Positions 29,576-38,813 of a stretch of 64,000 nucleotides of DNA are shown in pieces (the first letter of the stretch is position 1; the number at the start of each line of letters is the position of its first letter). Below the pieces are notes generated by a model that saw nothing but the letters and a program-made list of their open reading frames with translations, was not told where the DNA came from and made no database searches. Source of the DNA: an uncultured Granulosicoccaceae bacterium. GTDB taxonomy: Bacteria > Pseudomonadota > Gammaproteobacteria > Granulosicoccales > Granulosicoccaceae. Position numbers and translations under genes: made by a program. The stretch is from NCBI GenBank assembly GCA_964574535.1, contig CAZNOB010000002.1:28109-92108 (forward strand), written 5' to 3'.

Positions 29576-31768
29576 ATGATTGAACGGGATTTGGTTTTTA
29601 TTGGCGGTGGGCATACTCATGCACTAGCGCTTCGAACGTTGGCCATGAGGCCAATAAAAAATACTAGAATCACACTGATCTCTGAGCAGTCACTTACTCC
29701 GTACTCCGGTATGTTGCCAGGCTATGTAGCCGGCCATTACAGCATGCTGGAAACTCATATTGATCTGAATCGTTTATGTCAGTGGGCCGGTGTGCGCTGG
29801 ATAAACGGCACGGTCACCGGGCTTAAACCGGATCAAAAAATCATTGATGTTGTCGTTGGCAAAGAGTCCGATGAGCAGGGAAGTCTGCAGATCAGCTATG
29901 ACACACTAAGCATAGATACCGGGTCTACTCCCGATCTTTCTGTGCCCGGGGCAGAGCAATTTGCAGTCGGGGTTAAGCCTGTCAGTCATTTTAATTATGC
30001 ATGGCAGTCTTTATTAAATGCCTCAGTGGTAGAACAAGAGCAACAATGGGGAGTGATTGGTGCAGGTGCGGGTGGTGTGGAGCTGGTGCTGGGGATGGCT
30101 CATCGCCTTCGAGAAAAGAAAAATCTGCGTTTTCATCTGGCATTTTCGAGTGAGCGCGTGTTACCCGGCTACCCGGAAAAGTTGGTGGTTACTGTTGAGC
30201 GGCGGTTGGCTGAATTTAATATTCAAACCCATTCTGGATTTAGGGTGGCGCGGGTAACTGCTGATGGATTGCACTCAGAAACGGGTGTTCATCTGGCTCT
30301 GGATAAAAGTATCTGGTGCACGGGGGCCAGTGCGGCTGCCTGGCCTGCAGACTGTGGGCTTGCAGTGAGTGAGCGTGGGTTTATCGCCGTAAACGAATTG
30401 CTGCAAAGCACCAGTCATCACGATATCTATGCAGTGGGTGACTGCTCAGACATGATTGATGATCCGCGACCTAAAGCAGGCGTCTATGCAGTGAGGCAAG
30501 CCCCTTTTTTGGTTGATAATTTACGTGCTGCTCTGACTGGCTCAAAGACTAAGCCGTTGCGACTCCAAAGCGATTTTCTATCCCTGTTATCGTTGGGTGA
30601 CAGATCTGCCGTGGGTTGTCGAAGTGGATGGGTAGCGAGTGGCGCATGGGTATGGAAACTAAAAGACGATATCGATACCAGATTTATGCGCAAGCTTAAT
30701 GATCCTGGACCCAAGCTTGCGATGGCGGTTGAAGCTGCTGAAGATTCACCCATGCATTGCGCTGGCTGTGGCAGTAAATTGGGGCCTGATTTATTGCAGG
30801 GTAATTTGGCAAAGCTGAGCAGCTATACTCGAGACGAAATCACACCGGCGCTGGGGAATGCAGAAGACGCCAGTTTATGGCGGGTGACACCGGGTGCCTC
30901 AGCCGTACAAAGTATCGACGGATTTCGAAGCTTCACAGATGATCTATGGCGCTTTGGAAAAATATGCGTTAACCACTCGTTGAGTGATCTCTACGCCATG
31001 GGTGCCACACCTATCAGTGCTCAAGTGTGGGTTAATCTTTCGTTTTCACATCCGCGCTTACAAAAACGTGATCACCTTTTGTTAATGTCTGGCGTAGCAG
31101 ACGCTCTGGCAGAGCAAGAGGCCACACTGGCTGGTGGGCACAGTACTGAAGGGGCAGAGACTCATGTGGCCATTGTAGCCAATGGAGAAATACACGACGA
31201 TAAAGTATGGCGAAAAAACACCCCCGCCGAAGGTGATGTTCTGGTACTGACTAAAGCGCTGGGTACAGGCGTGATACTGGCTGCGGATATGCAGGCTAAT
31301 GCACCAGCCAAAGCCGTGGAAGCAGCATTTAAGATGATGCTGCAGTCCAGTCGCGAAATAGCCCGGACTCTGCGAGAACTGAGCCCTTCGGCTGTTACCG
31401 ATGTCACAGGATTCGGCTTATTGGGTCATTTGCTTGAAATGATGTCAGCACCACCGGCTGATAGCTCGGTCAAACTGGGCGCTCTGATTGAATGCGGTGC
31501 GGTACCGATGCTCGATGGTGCGATCGAACTTGCCGAAGCCGGCATTCAGTCAACACTCTATCCGCACTTGCAGCCATACACGATGAAGTGTGATATCCAT
31601 TCCGCAGTTGATTCCCGACAACTGGACTTGCTGCTGGATCCGCAAACCAGCGGCGGGTTGCTCATAGCTATCGATAGTTCGGGCGCAGAAACTCTCGTGA
31701 GTCGTCATGGGGCAAGTGTTATCGGTAAAGTTGTGGCTTCAGAGCGGGAGGTAACAATTACTGCGTAA
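29576..31768 (+). CDS. selD: pyridine nucleotide-disulfide oxidoreductase fused to selenide, water dikinase (SelD)
   Basis: The N-terminal half has VFIGGGHTHALAL, VIGAGAGGVELV and YAVGDCS (FAD/NAD(P) motifs). The C-terminal half has HCAGCGSKLGP (SelD Cys-Lys loop), SDLYAMGATP and TDVTGFGLLGH. The ATG at 29576 (MIERDLVFIGGG) is preferred to the ORF start at 29495. Confidence 0.85.
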   Translation: MIERDLVFIGGGHTHALALRTLAMRPIKNTRITLISEQSLTPYSGMLPGYVAGHYSMLETHIDLNRLCQWAGVRWINGTVTGLKPDQKIIDVVVGKESDEQGSLQISYDTLSIDTGSTPDLSVPGAEQFAVGVKPVSHFNYAWQSLLNASVVEQEQQWGVIGAGAGGVELVLGMAHRLREKKNLRFHLAFSSERVLPGYPEKLVVTVERRLAEFNIQTHSGFRVARVTADGLHSETGVHLALDKSIWCTGASAAAWPADCGLAVSERGFIAVNELLQSTSHHDIYAVGDCSDMIDDPRPKAGVYAVRQAPFLVDNLRAALTGSKTKPLRLQSDFLSLLSLGDRSAVGCRSGWVASGAWVWKLKDDIDTRFMRKLNDPGPKLAMAVEAAEDSPMHCAGCGSKLGPDLLQGNLAKLSSYTRDEITPALGNAEDASLWRVTPGASAVQSIDGFRSFTDDLWRFGKICVNHSLSDLYAMGATPISAQVWVNLSFSHPRLQKRDHLLLMSGVADALAEQEATLAGGHSTEGAETHVAIVANGEIHDDKVWRKNTPAEGDVLVLTKALGTGVILAADMQANAPAKAVEAAFKMMLQSSREIARTLRELSPSAVTDVTGFGLLGHLLEMMSAPPADSSVKLGALIECGAVPMLDGAIELAEAGIQSTLYPHLQPYTMKCDIHSAVDSRQLDLLLDPQTSGGLLIAIDSSGAETLVSRHGASVIGKVVASEREVTITA

Positions 31769-31996
31769 GCGGGTAATAGAGAGGAAACACTCAGGCTTCA
31801 GGTAGTTGTTGTGGCGCCACTCAAAGTGATAGCGGAGTTTTCCGTATCAGCCAGATGGTTGAGCAGATGTCACCATGACTATCCGGTGTTGCTATGCATC
31901 ATGTGATATTGGTAGTTAGGCCCTGTGTCAATGCAAGACTTGAGTCGATATGTTTTCTATTTTCCCTGGAAGTCCGTCTAGATAACGTACGATCTT

Positions 31997-32785
31997 ATGA
32001 AATCTCGATCTCAAATCTCTGAATACTGTTTTCTGGCCGGTACCGGACGTAGCGGGACGACCGTGTTGCGAAATTCTTTTGGCTTGCACCAGGAGATCTA
32101 CTATAACGGAAAAGAAAATAATGTCGTGCAGGATGTCATTGACGTGGCGAGGCACAATTTCGTTTCGCCTTCCCGACAGTTTGCTTTAGTCGTTGATAAG
32201 GACACATACTGCACCGCGTTTCGAGATCTTTTGATCAGAATACTTTGGCCCAATCCCGAATTCGGATCGCGCCCGGTCAGGATGGCGGCGATCAATCCGT
32301 CCGGCGAAACCATGGAGTTTCTGCTGGAGATTTTTCCAAATGCTAAAGTGATTGGGCTGGTACGGGATGGTATTGATGTTGTACTTTCCCGCCAGAGGCA
32401 CCGTTCTTTCAAGCGTTTCACCTTCGAGTCGCATTGTCAGACATGGGTTCGGACTCAAGGGGTGGTCGAATGGGGTGAATTGAATCCTAATAATTTTCGA
32501 TTGTTCAGGTACGATTCGTTGTCTGACCGCAAGACACTTTCGACTACCTTTGCCGAATTGTTTGGATGGATGGGGCTTTCGCAGAACGATGCAGCGGTCG
32601 AACATGTGTTCGAAAAGCGGTATCACCCCACTGAGCTGGAAAAATCTCAAGCTGATTCTAACGACTCATCAACAGCTGAATCCAAACGCGCTCTATGGCA
32701 ACTTTGGAGCGAAGAGGAAAGAGAGCTTTTCCGTTCGATCTGCGGACCGTTCATGAAGCAAATGGGATTCGAAATGCCCTTTTAA
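31997..32785 (+). CDS. sulfotransferase (PAPS-dependent; Sulfotransfer_3-like)
   Basis: 262 aa. The 5'-PSB loop is LAGTGRSGTTVL. The 3'-PB-like motif is GLVRDGIDVVLS. Confidence 0.75.
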   Translation: MKSRSQISEYCFLAGTGRSGTTVLRNSFGLHQEIYYNGKENNVVQDVIDVARHNFVSPSRQFALVVDKDTYCTAFRDLLIRILWPNPEFGSRPVRMAAINPSGETMEFLLEIFPNAKVIGLVRDGIDVVLSRQRHRSFKRFTFESHCQTWVRTQGVVEWGELNPNNFRLFRYDSLSDRKTLSTTFAELFGWMGLSQNDAAVEHVFEKRYHPTELEKSQADSNDSSTAESKRALWQLWSEEERELFRSICGPFMKQMGFEMPF

Positions 32786-32918
32786 TTTCGAAGAGGCTGT
32801 GTTTGCGTTTGCAGTTGACTACCCGGCAGTGCGAGCTCAACATTTCTGACGAATTTTGCGTAGACATCAACCAGATCGGATTCCCTTCCCTGCCTCCTGC
32901 AAGCTAACTTTCGGTATT

Positions 32919-35456
32919 TTAAATCGCGGTGTGAATTTCGATTGCTACCCCTGCGCACGAAATTGATTCTGCTGTTGGTGAGCAAATTGCCATGAACACA
33001 ATGGAATCAGCGTTTTCCAGTGTGCTTGCATCGAGCCAATGATTAAATTTTTCCCGGGGTTTCAAAGTGAATCTCCGAGTACGGAGTGACTTCCCACAAG
33101 CATCGTACAGATCGATTACGATCACAACCCCATTGTTTAGTTTTGAAGGGTTCCCTGCAATTGCGGACCAGATAATTCCTCGAGTATGTACATTTGCTCG
33201 CAAATCAATGTGCCACTTTGGCTGATCTGTCGGGGCAATGGTTGTTGGATGCAAGTTGCACGCAATGTGGCCATCTCGATCCACTTCTCTACACCATTTG
33301 TTTGCCTGCAGGATTTTTCTGCTTGCAAAAAAAACTGAAGTATCCACCTTGTTCGATGTTTGCCCGTCACTTGTTAAGCGAGGGGGATCGGGTTGTGACT
33401 GTGCCAGCTGGCTAAAGAGCAATGAGAGATGGCGGCCATGCATTAGTGGAGATTCACTTGCCCGATAAGCAGTCGAGCAGTAACCGGCAATTCTAATACA
33501 ACTCCCAACTTCATCAAGTATGTATGATTGAAAACTATTCGGCTTGCCGAAGGTTTCCTGCCAGTCAACCTTAACCACTCTTTCCGCAGTATTGATCCCA
33601 TTGAGCCACGCCAGTTTAGCCGTTTCGAAATCCCCAACAGACCATGAAATGACGCCTCTGCGAAAGTCAGCTTCTATGCTCTTCGTAGCAATTGTTGGGT
33701 GGAACAGGAGCGGGTCAATTTTACTACAGCGCAGATAGTAGTCACGCGCAGTGTCGAGTTGTCCAATTCTTTGTTCCATTCGCCCAAGCAGGAATAAAAG
33801 AGAAATTGCCCAACGTATCTCGTGCGGTTCATCACCGTATTCTGATAGCCAGGAAGTAACGGATTTCTTAAAACTTCTGGTTTCTGCGGCTGCGACATCC
33901 TTTTCTAAAAATTGATAACCAAGAACGCATAAGGCTGCCCCGACATCCACAGAGTGCGCATTCAATGAAATAATTTGTTCACACGCTCGGGAAACATCAG
34001 AGGGGTTATTCGGTCGAGCGTATTTGTACACCAGGTTTTGAGCAATCCAGGGATTGCTATAGGATTTTTCAAAGTCAGTAGCGATGCTATTGCTGTTTGG
34101 GAACCGCCGATCAATGTAGCCTTGTCCGTCGTGAGCAAGCGGGTCTTTAATTGCTGTAGCGAGTAACCATTCACTTATCGGTGCTTGTTCCTGCTCGGCG
34201 TCAAAAGGCACCAATCTACGCTGGTCTTTCTGCCACTTACCCTCATTTTTTGAGCGTGTAGCAGTCTGTGCAAACGTTCGGTCAATGGCGTACCTGACCA
34301 GAAGTTGTTCCTTTAGGCTCCTCCAATCATAAACATGAAAATGATGAGGGTTAGGATCAATGCCTGTGTCGTCACTCCAGTCGTGTGGAACGCTTACTAT
34401 TATGCGTCCACCTGGTAAAAGAATGTCCCAACATGCCTGCAGAAAGGCGAGGGGATCTGCAATGTGTTCCAGCGTCTCGAAACATACTATCGCATTCACT
34501 CCAAGCTTTTTTATGTTGGACAGGCCTTCTGGTAATTCGGTTTCTACAAATGTCAGATCGGGAGAGACAAACGCTGCTTTGCAATAGTCAATAGCTCGCT
34601 TGCTCTGATCCAGTCCGACGATTGTTCTGGCGTCAGTGCATGATTTCAACAGCCAACTACCGTAACCAAGTCCGCACGCCGCATCGACAACGACATCACC
34701 GCTCTTAATAAACTGTCGCGCCCAGTGATAACGTATCAGATGCGCGTCAGATCTTGCGCCGGTCTCGCGTCCCATATCCATGTGCAAGCCACGGTTTTCC
34801 AGCAACCAATCTGATGAGTAGCTCTGCATGACATTCTCTGAAATTTTCTGTCCCAGAAAAACAATGTCTTGCGTTGGCTCTCCCATCTTTTGGTATTGAT
34901 TGTGATCGAAATAGCGAGGGTGTCGTCGGAAACCATTGTCGATTATTTGTTCTTCCCACCATTCACGGTTTTTAACCGTCAGGTGCCATTTGGCATCGCG
35001 ATCAACACGAGTTGCAATTCTCAGGTACAGGTTGTTACGTGTCACACGCCAAAGCTCGGCAATACACTGACACACATCTTCCTCTGCCAGATGTTCCAGA
35101 CAATCTGTTGATATAACCGTATCGAAGGAGTTGTCGCCGAAGGGTAACTGGCGTGCATCTCCAATGTGAAACTTGCCAGGGATTTTTAAGTTACAGGAAT
35201 CAACGGCAACTTTCGAGACATCAGCCCCGTGAGCATCTACGCCGAGTTCCAAAAGGGCGCGGACCATACTCCCCATTCCGGCGCCAACATCCAAATAGCG
35301 CCCAAATCCACACGACTTAACAATCTCTCGGGCCAGCTTATCGGGCTCGTCAATACTTGAAGCGCCCGCACGATCGGGCAAAAGCCAATAGCCGTCATAA
35401 AGCTCGGCATAGTTAACTTCATTTGTACTAAAGGGAGGCCTGGGAGAGGTATTCAA
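32919..35456 (-). CDS. multidomain protein: two class I SAM-methyltransferase domains, a TPR-like helical region and a C-terminal beta-rich region
   Basis: 845 aa. MT domain 1 has YLDVGAGMGSMVRAL / FDTVISTDCLEHL. MT domain 2 has VVDAACGLGYGSWLL / IVCFETLEHI / LLPGGRIIVSVP. The helical segment reads LGRMEQRIGQLDTARDYYLRCSKIDP. The last ~200 aa are unassigned. Confidence 0.75.
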   Translation of the reverse strand: MNTSPRPPFSTNEVNYAELYDGYWLLPDRAGASSIDEPDKLAREIVKSCGFGRYLDVGAGMGSMVRALLELGVDAHGADVSKVAVDSCNLKIPGKFHIGDARQLPFGDNSFDTVISTDCLEHLAEEDVCQCIAELWRVTRNNLYLRIATRVDRDAKWHLTVKNREWWEEQIIDNGFRRHPRYFDHNQYQKMGEPTQDIVFLGQKISENVMQSYSSDWLLENRGLHMDMGRETGARSDAHLIRYHWARQFIKSGDVVVDAACGLGYGSWLLKSCTDARTIVGLDQSKRAIDYCKAAFVSPDLTFVETELPEGLSNIKKLGVNAIVCFETLEHIADPLAFLQACWDILLPGGRIIVSVPHDWSDDTGIDPNPHHFHVYDWRSLKEQLLVRYAIDRTFAQTATRSKNEGKWQKDQRRLVPFDAEQEQAPISEWLLATAIKDPLAHDGQGYIDRRFPNSNSIATDFEKSYSNPWIAQNLVYKYARPNNPSDVSRACEQIISLNAHSVDVGAALCVLGYQFLEKDVAAAETRSFKKSVTSWLSEYGDEPHEIRWAISLLFLLGRMEQRIGQLDTARDYYLRCSKIDPLLFHPTIATKSIEADFRRGVISWSVGDFETAKLAWLNGINTAERVVKVDWQETFGKPNSFQSYILDEVGSCIRIAGYCSTAYRASESPLMHGRHLSLLFSQLAQSQPDPPRLTSDGQTSNKVDTSVFFASRKILQANKWCREVDRDGHIACNLHPTTIAPTDQPKWHIDLRANVHTRGIIWSAIAGNPSKLNNGVVIVIDLYDACGKSLRTRRFTLKPREKFNHWLDASTLENADSIVFMAICSPTAESISCAGVAIEIHTAI

Positions 35457-35458
35457 AA

Positions 35459-36463
35459 CTAAAGGCCCTCCCGAAATGCAAAATATTCATGGAGTGTGGA
35501 AATCCAGTCTGCATTGCGCGCATAGCCCTGGCTCTTAATTTCATCACCCGCCAAATCCTGCAAAACCTGACCGTCTTTACGTGTCAGATATCGTGTCCAA
35601 TCGCCTGCTACACCTTTTCGGATATGAGCGTTCGGTATGGAATCGCCCGGAGATCGCCCCCCGGACATAATTTCAAAGCGAGTGTTTTCAATGCACTGTA
35701 GAATATTTTCTTTACTGATTGGTATGCCTAGAAAATCGATCAACCTTGCCAGTTCGGGTTCTGGAGTTAACAGTAAATTCTCATACCTGATTGTGCAGTC
35801 CGAAAACTGTCTTTCAAGTTGGGACATTGCTACCCATGCATTGACCCAGCTTTCCAGTTCCCCCGTCCTGAACGCTGTATCCAAAGATGATGTTGTCCTT
35901 TTCTCTGATATTGTTCGCAAGCGGCTGATCTCGAAATCACTTGGGCCTTGCTCGGATGTTATGCGTTCGTGCCAGTGATACATCCCGCTTACCGCGACAT
36001 CACGACAGTCTCTCATCAGGAAAAATATTTTTGCCTGAGGAAATGAACGTCTATAGGCATTGTACGTATCCTTTTCTGATCCCATATAAGGGGTTACCTT
36101 GTCGACGATCACTTTGGCATTCGTTCGCGATTTGACAAAGTTCAGCAGCATCATGACAAGTTCCTGTGTCAGTTCAACCCGCAATGCTTCCTGATCAGTC
36201 AATCCCCGGGGTTTGGACATGTGTTGTGCGAGCTTGTATGCATACCTGTCGGCAGTTAACCGAAAGTCACTTCGACCATGCTGATCGAATGCTGCCATTT
36301 CGCTGTTACCAAACAACCGTAGTTCGGTACAGTCAACATCCGGCAGTGCATTCAGCATCGCCTTCATCCATGTTGTTCCAGACCGAGGAGTAGAAAACAG
36401 GGCTACGTGCACGATGTCACCCTGGCATGCGTATCCGGTTGTGGTACTCGTTGTTCTCATCAT
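35459..36463 (-). CDS. sulfotransferase (Sulfotransfer_1-like)
   Basis: 334 aa. The 5'-PSB loop is FSTPRSGTTWM and the 3'-PB motif is FFLMRDCRDVAVS. The C-terminal RKGVAGDWTRYLT resembles the RKGxxGDW motif of cytosolic-type sulfotransferases. Confidence 0.85.
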   Translation of the reverse strand: MMRTTSTTTGYACQGDIVHVALFSTPRSGTTWMKAMLNALPDVDCTELRLFGNSEMAAFDQHGRSDFRLTADRYAYKLAQHMSKPRGLTDQEALRVELTQELVMMLLNFVKSRTNAKVIVDKVTPYMGSEKDTYNAYRRSFPQAKIFFLMRDCRDVAVSGMYHWHERITSEQGPSDFEISRLRTISEKRTTSSLDTAFRTGELESWVNAWVAMSQLERQFSDCTIRYENLLLTPEPELARLIDFLGIPISKENILQCIENTRFEIMSGGRSPGDSIPNAHIRKGVAGDWTRYLTRKDGQVLQDLAGDEIKSQGYARNADWISTLHEYFAFREGL

Positions 36464-36688
36464 TCTATTTGTTATGTAGATTTTGGATCAGAGACTGCTG
36501 GGTCAATATCTTCATGTATGCGGGCTGCGAATTATGGTGCTATTGGTATCAGTGCAGGAAGTACAGTTTTCCCAACACTGTTTTTTTGGCCGAATTTGAA
36601 ACCAGCGTTTGCGTCTAACGATGTGCAATTCATATAATTCATATGTCAAGAGCATTCCAGTTTGATTGGTTTATTTATGCTTTACAGT

Positions 36689-37771
36689 TCATTTGTTGTT
36701 TATCGCTTCTTCGTCACACAGAACATTTAATAATGCATCTATCGATTCAGTTCGCTCCTGAATCACCCCTCCTTCTATAAGTTCTGTCTCTGGTTGGTTT
36801 CTGGCATCGCTATTGCCAAAATGTTTTATGAACAAATGCATCACATGGCGAACGCCCATATCTGTCACACTTCTGCAATCCGGGGCGAAATACTGACCAC
36901 GACTAAAAGGGCTTGTGATAATTTCAAAGGATGGGAAGTAGACACATTGATCGATGTGTTGTGTGGCTTCTTCGGCCGCTACCCGTAAAACCGCTTTTGA
37001 CCAGGTTGATGACACAAAGACATGACGATCTTCTTTTGTGGCGTTGAGCGGGACCGGGGACACGGTCAAAACAAATTTAACGTCAGGGTTTTTTTCACGG
37101 ATAAAATTTAGCGCAAACAGCAAATCCTCTACTGTTTCTTGCTGATTAAAATTATAAAACTCAACGGTTTCAGGATCATAAATCCCACCAGCTATTCCTG
37201 GAGCGACCGGGTAAACAGCGCCACTGTGCTTATCGATCCAACACTCTGTTAGCCCAAGCGTAAAAACAAATACTTTCATTTGCTCGATTGCTTTTCTGAT
37301 TGACGCGAAATGGTAGGTCTGATCGGCTTGTAATTCCGCCTCTGAAACAAAGCCACCTGGTTGAATCTGCGGCCGGAATGGATCTACAACCGATTTTCCA
37401 TCTTTGCCCGCCCAGGAAATTGTTATTGGCTCAAAATTCTCGTATGCCCTTTGTAACAGTTGTTTCAGCTGTCTGGCTGTATAGATGTTTCCGTAGCGGG
37501 CTGCAAACATACCGTAGTTAAAGAGGGTTTGCGTGCTTTTGGGGAACATCGGGTGGGCTGTTTCGGTGATGAAATGGTTGAACCCCGATTGGCTGAGGTG
37601 GTGTGCCACATGCTGAGCAAAACAGGAACCGGCTGTTACCACCGCATCCTCCGGGCATATTTTGAATGGAGGCTCTGCGACCGGGTCAAACGTCTCCGGC
37701 CGGTTGATAGCCGCTTCTTTTTTCCAAAACTGATAGTCGGGTAAACCGCTATAGGGGCTTCGTATGCTCAT
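36689..37771 (-). CDS. GSCFA-family protein
   Basis: 360 aa containing the eponymous motif in VVTAGSCFAQHVAHHL. The start overlaps the stop of the upstream gene (ATGA). Confidence 0.8.
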   Translation of the reverse strand: MSIRSPYSGLPDYQFWKKEAAINRPETFDPVAEPPFKICPEDAVVTAGSCFAQHVAHHLSQSGFNHFITETAHPMFPKSTQTLFNYGMFAARYGNIYTARQLKQLLQRAYENFEPITISWAGKDGKSVVDPFRPQIQPGGFVSEAELQADQTYHFASIRKAIEQMKVFVFTLGLTECWIDKHSGAVYPVAPGIAGGIYDPETVEFYNFNQQETVEDLLFALNFIREKNPDVKFVLTVSPVPLNATKEDRHVFVSSTWSKAVLRVAAEEATQHIDQCVYFPSFEIITSPFSRGQYFAPDCRSVTDMGVRHVMHLFIKHFGNSDARNQPETELIEGGVIQERTESIDALLNVLCDEEAINNK

Positions 37772-38517
37772 AATAGCGTTTTGATTTGATTTAACACCAA
37801 GTGACCATAATCCTGGTTGGCATGTAGAGGGTCACCCAACCAAAATGATGGTTTTAGACAGCGATCGTCATCTATTGACTCAAACGGGGTGGGAAGAAAC
37901 GGTAAGCCGATCGAATCACAGAACGTTTCAATGATTTCGATGTGAATATCGTAGCATGCTAAACGTATTTCTTTCGGAGCTATTGTGCTCGTCGGTTGAT
38001 TGGCATAAAGATGCAGGCTATTTTTTAGTTGATTCACATCGGCAATGGGTGGAGGCGGGCTAAGGAAAAAGCAATTATTTTCTTTAAATTGATTGTGTAA
38101 CGATTCAATGAGTGTAAAGGTGTTTCTCGTTTCAAATACATCCTGCATTTGATATTTCAACATTGATCTTGGAACAAAATGTCTGGCCGATCGATTCGGG
38201 GTCAAGCCAAGTTCTTTGTCTCCCACTGAGTATGGAATAAGATATTCGGTATATGAAAAAATGTTGAACTCATTTCCAAAGAGTGACAGGCACACAGCAT
38301 CGATCTCTTCCGAATCCATCTTAAAAGGCACACTGAAATGAGTATACTTTTCTTTGTCTTTTTGCAAAAAATCTGTAGTTTTAAAATGGACACTTTCGAC
38401 ATTCCAATCGTCTGGCTTCTCCTCTGCTGCTTGTGTAACAGTATGTGAGTGAGACATTCCGATAACGAGCAGATTTTTCTGTTGGCCGTTTCTCTGTGCA
38501 TTTAGTTCGATTTGCAT
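37768..38517 (-). CDS. hypothetical protein, possibly SGNH/GDSL-like fold
   Basis: About 249 aa from the ATG at 38517 (MQIELNAQ...). LLVIGMSHSH is block-I-like, SLFGNEFN is block-III-like, and C-terminal GDPLHANQDYGHLV is DxxH block-V-like. The resemblance is by eye only. The ORF opens at 38631. Confidence 0.4.
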   Translation of the reverse strand: MQIELNAQRNGQQKNLLVIGMSHSHTVTQAAEEKPDDWNVESVHFKTTDFLQKDKEKYTHFSVPFKMDSEEIDAVCLSLFGNEFNIFSYTEYLIPYSVGDKELGLTPNRSARHFVPRSMLKYQMQDVFETRNTFTLIESLHNQFKENNCFFLSPPPPIADVNQLKNSLHLYANQPTSTIAPKEIRLACYDIHIEIIETFCDSIGLPFLPTPFESIDDDRCLKPSFWLGDPLHANQDYGHLVLNQIKTLL

Positions 38518-38813
38518 ATGCAGCCGTGCTTTTAGTTGTGTTGCCCAATGAAAGAATCGTACGCTAATCGATCGGAAGGGCGTTGGCACTTTCCCATTAT
38601 ATTCTGCCGTTTTTGCCAAATGTTCTGGCACATTGTGGAACGCCAGGGCACGTGCTTAGATAGCCCGGTAACTATGTACAACTCTAGTGAAGCTATCGGT
38701 ATTGTTTCCAGGCTCTATCCAGATATCGTCCGTTAGATTTACGTCATGTTGCCATGGGGCGAGCCCATCGATTAACTGCCGTAATTCGGATTCCTTATCT
38801 GTAGTCAATGGCT

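Noticed and set aside
36512-36655. 47-codon Cys-containing ORF (MLLTYELYELHIVRRKRWFQIRPKKQCWENCTSCTDTNSTIIRSPHT) in the gap between the GSCFA and sulfotransferase genes. I considered it as a possible modified-peptide substrate.
   Set aside because: There is no convincing Shine-Dalgarno (only GGA two nt from the ATG). I saw no leader or core features I can recognise, and there is no peptide-maturation enzyme nearby. It is worth a Ribo-seq look but not supportable from sequence.
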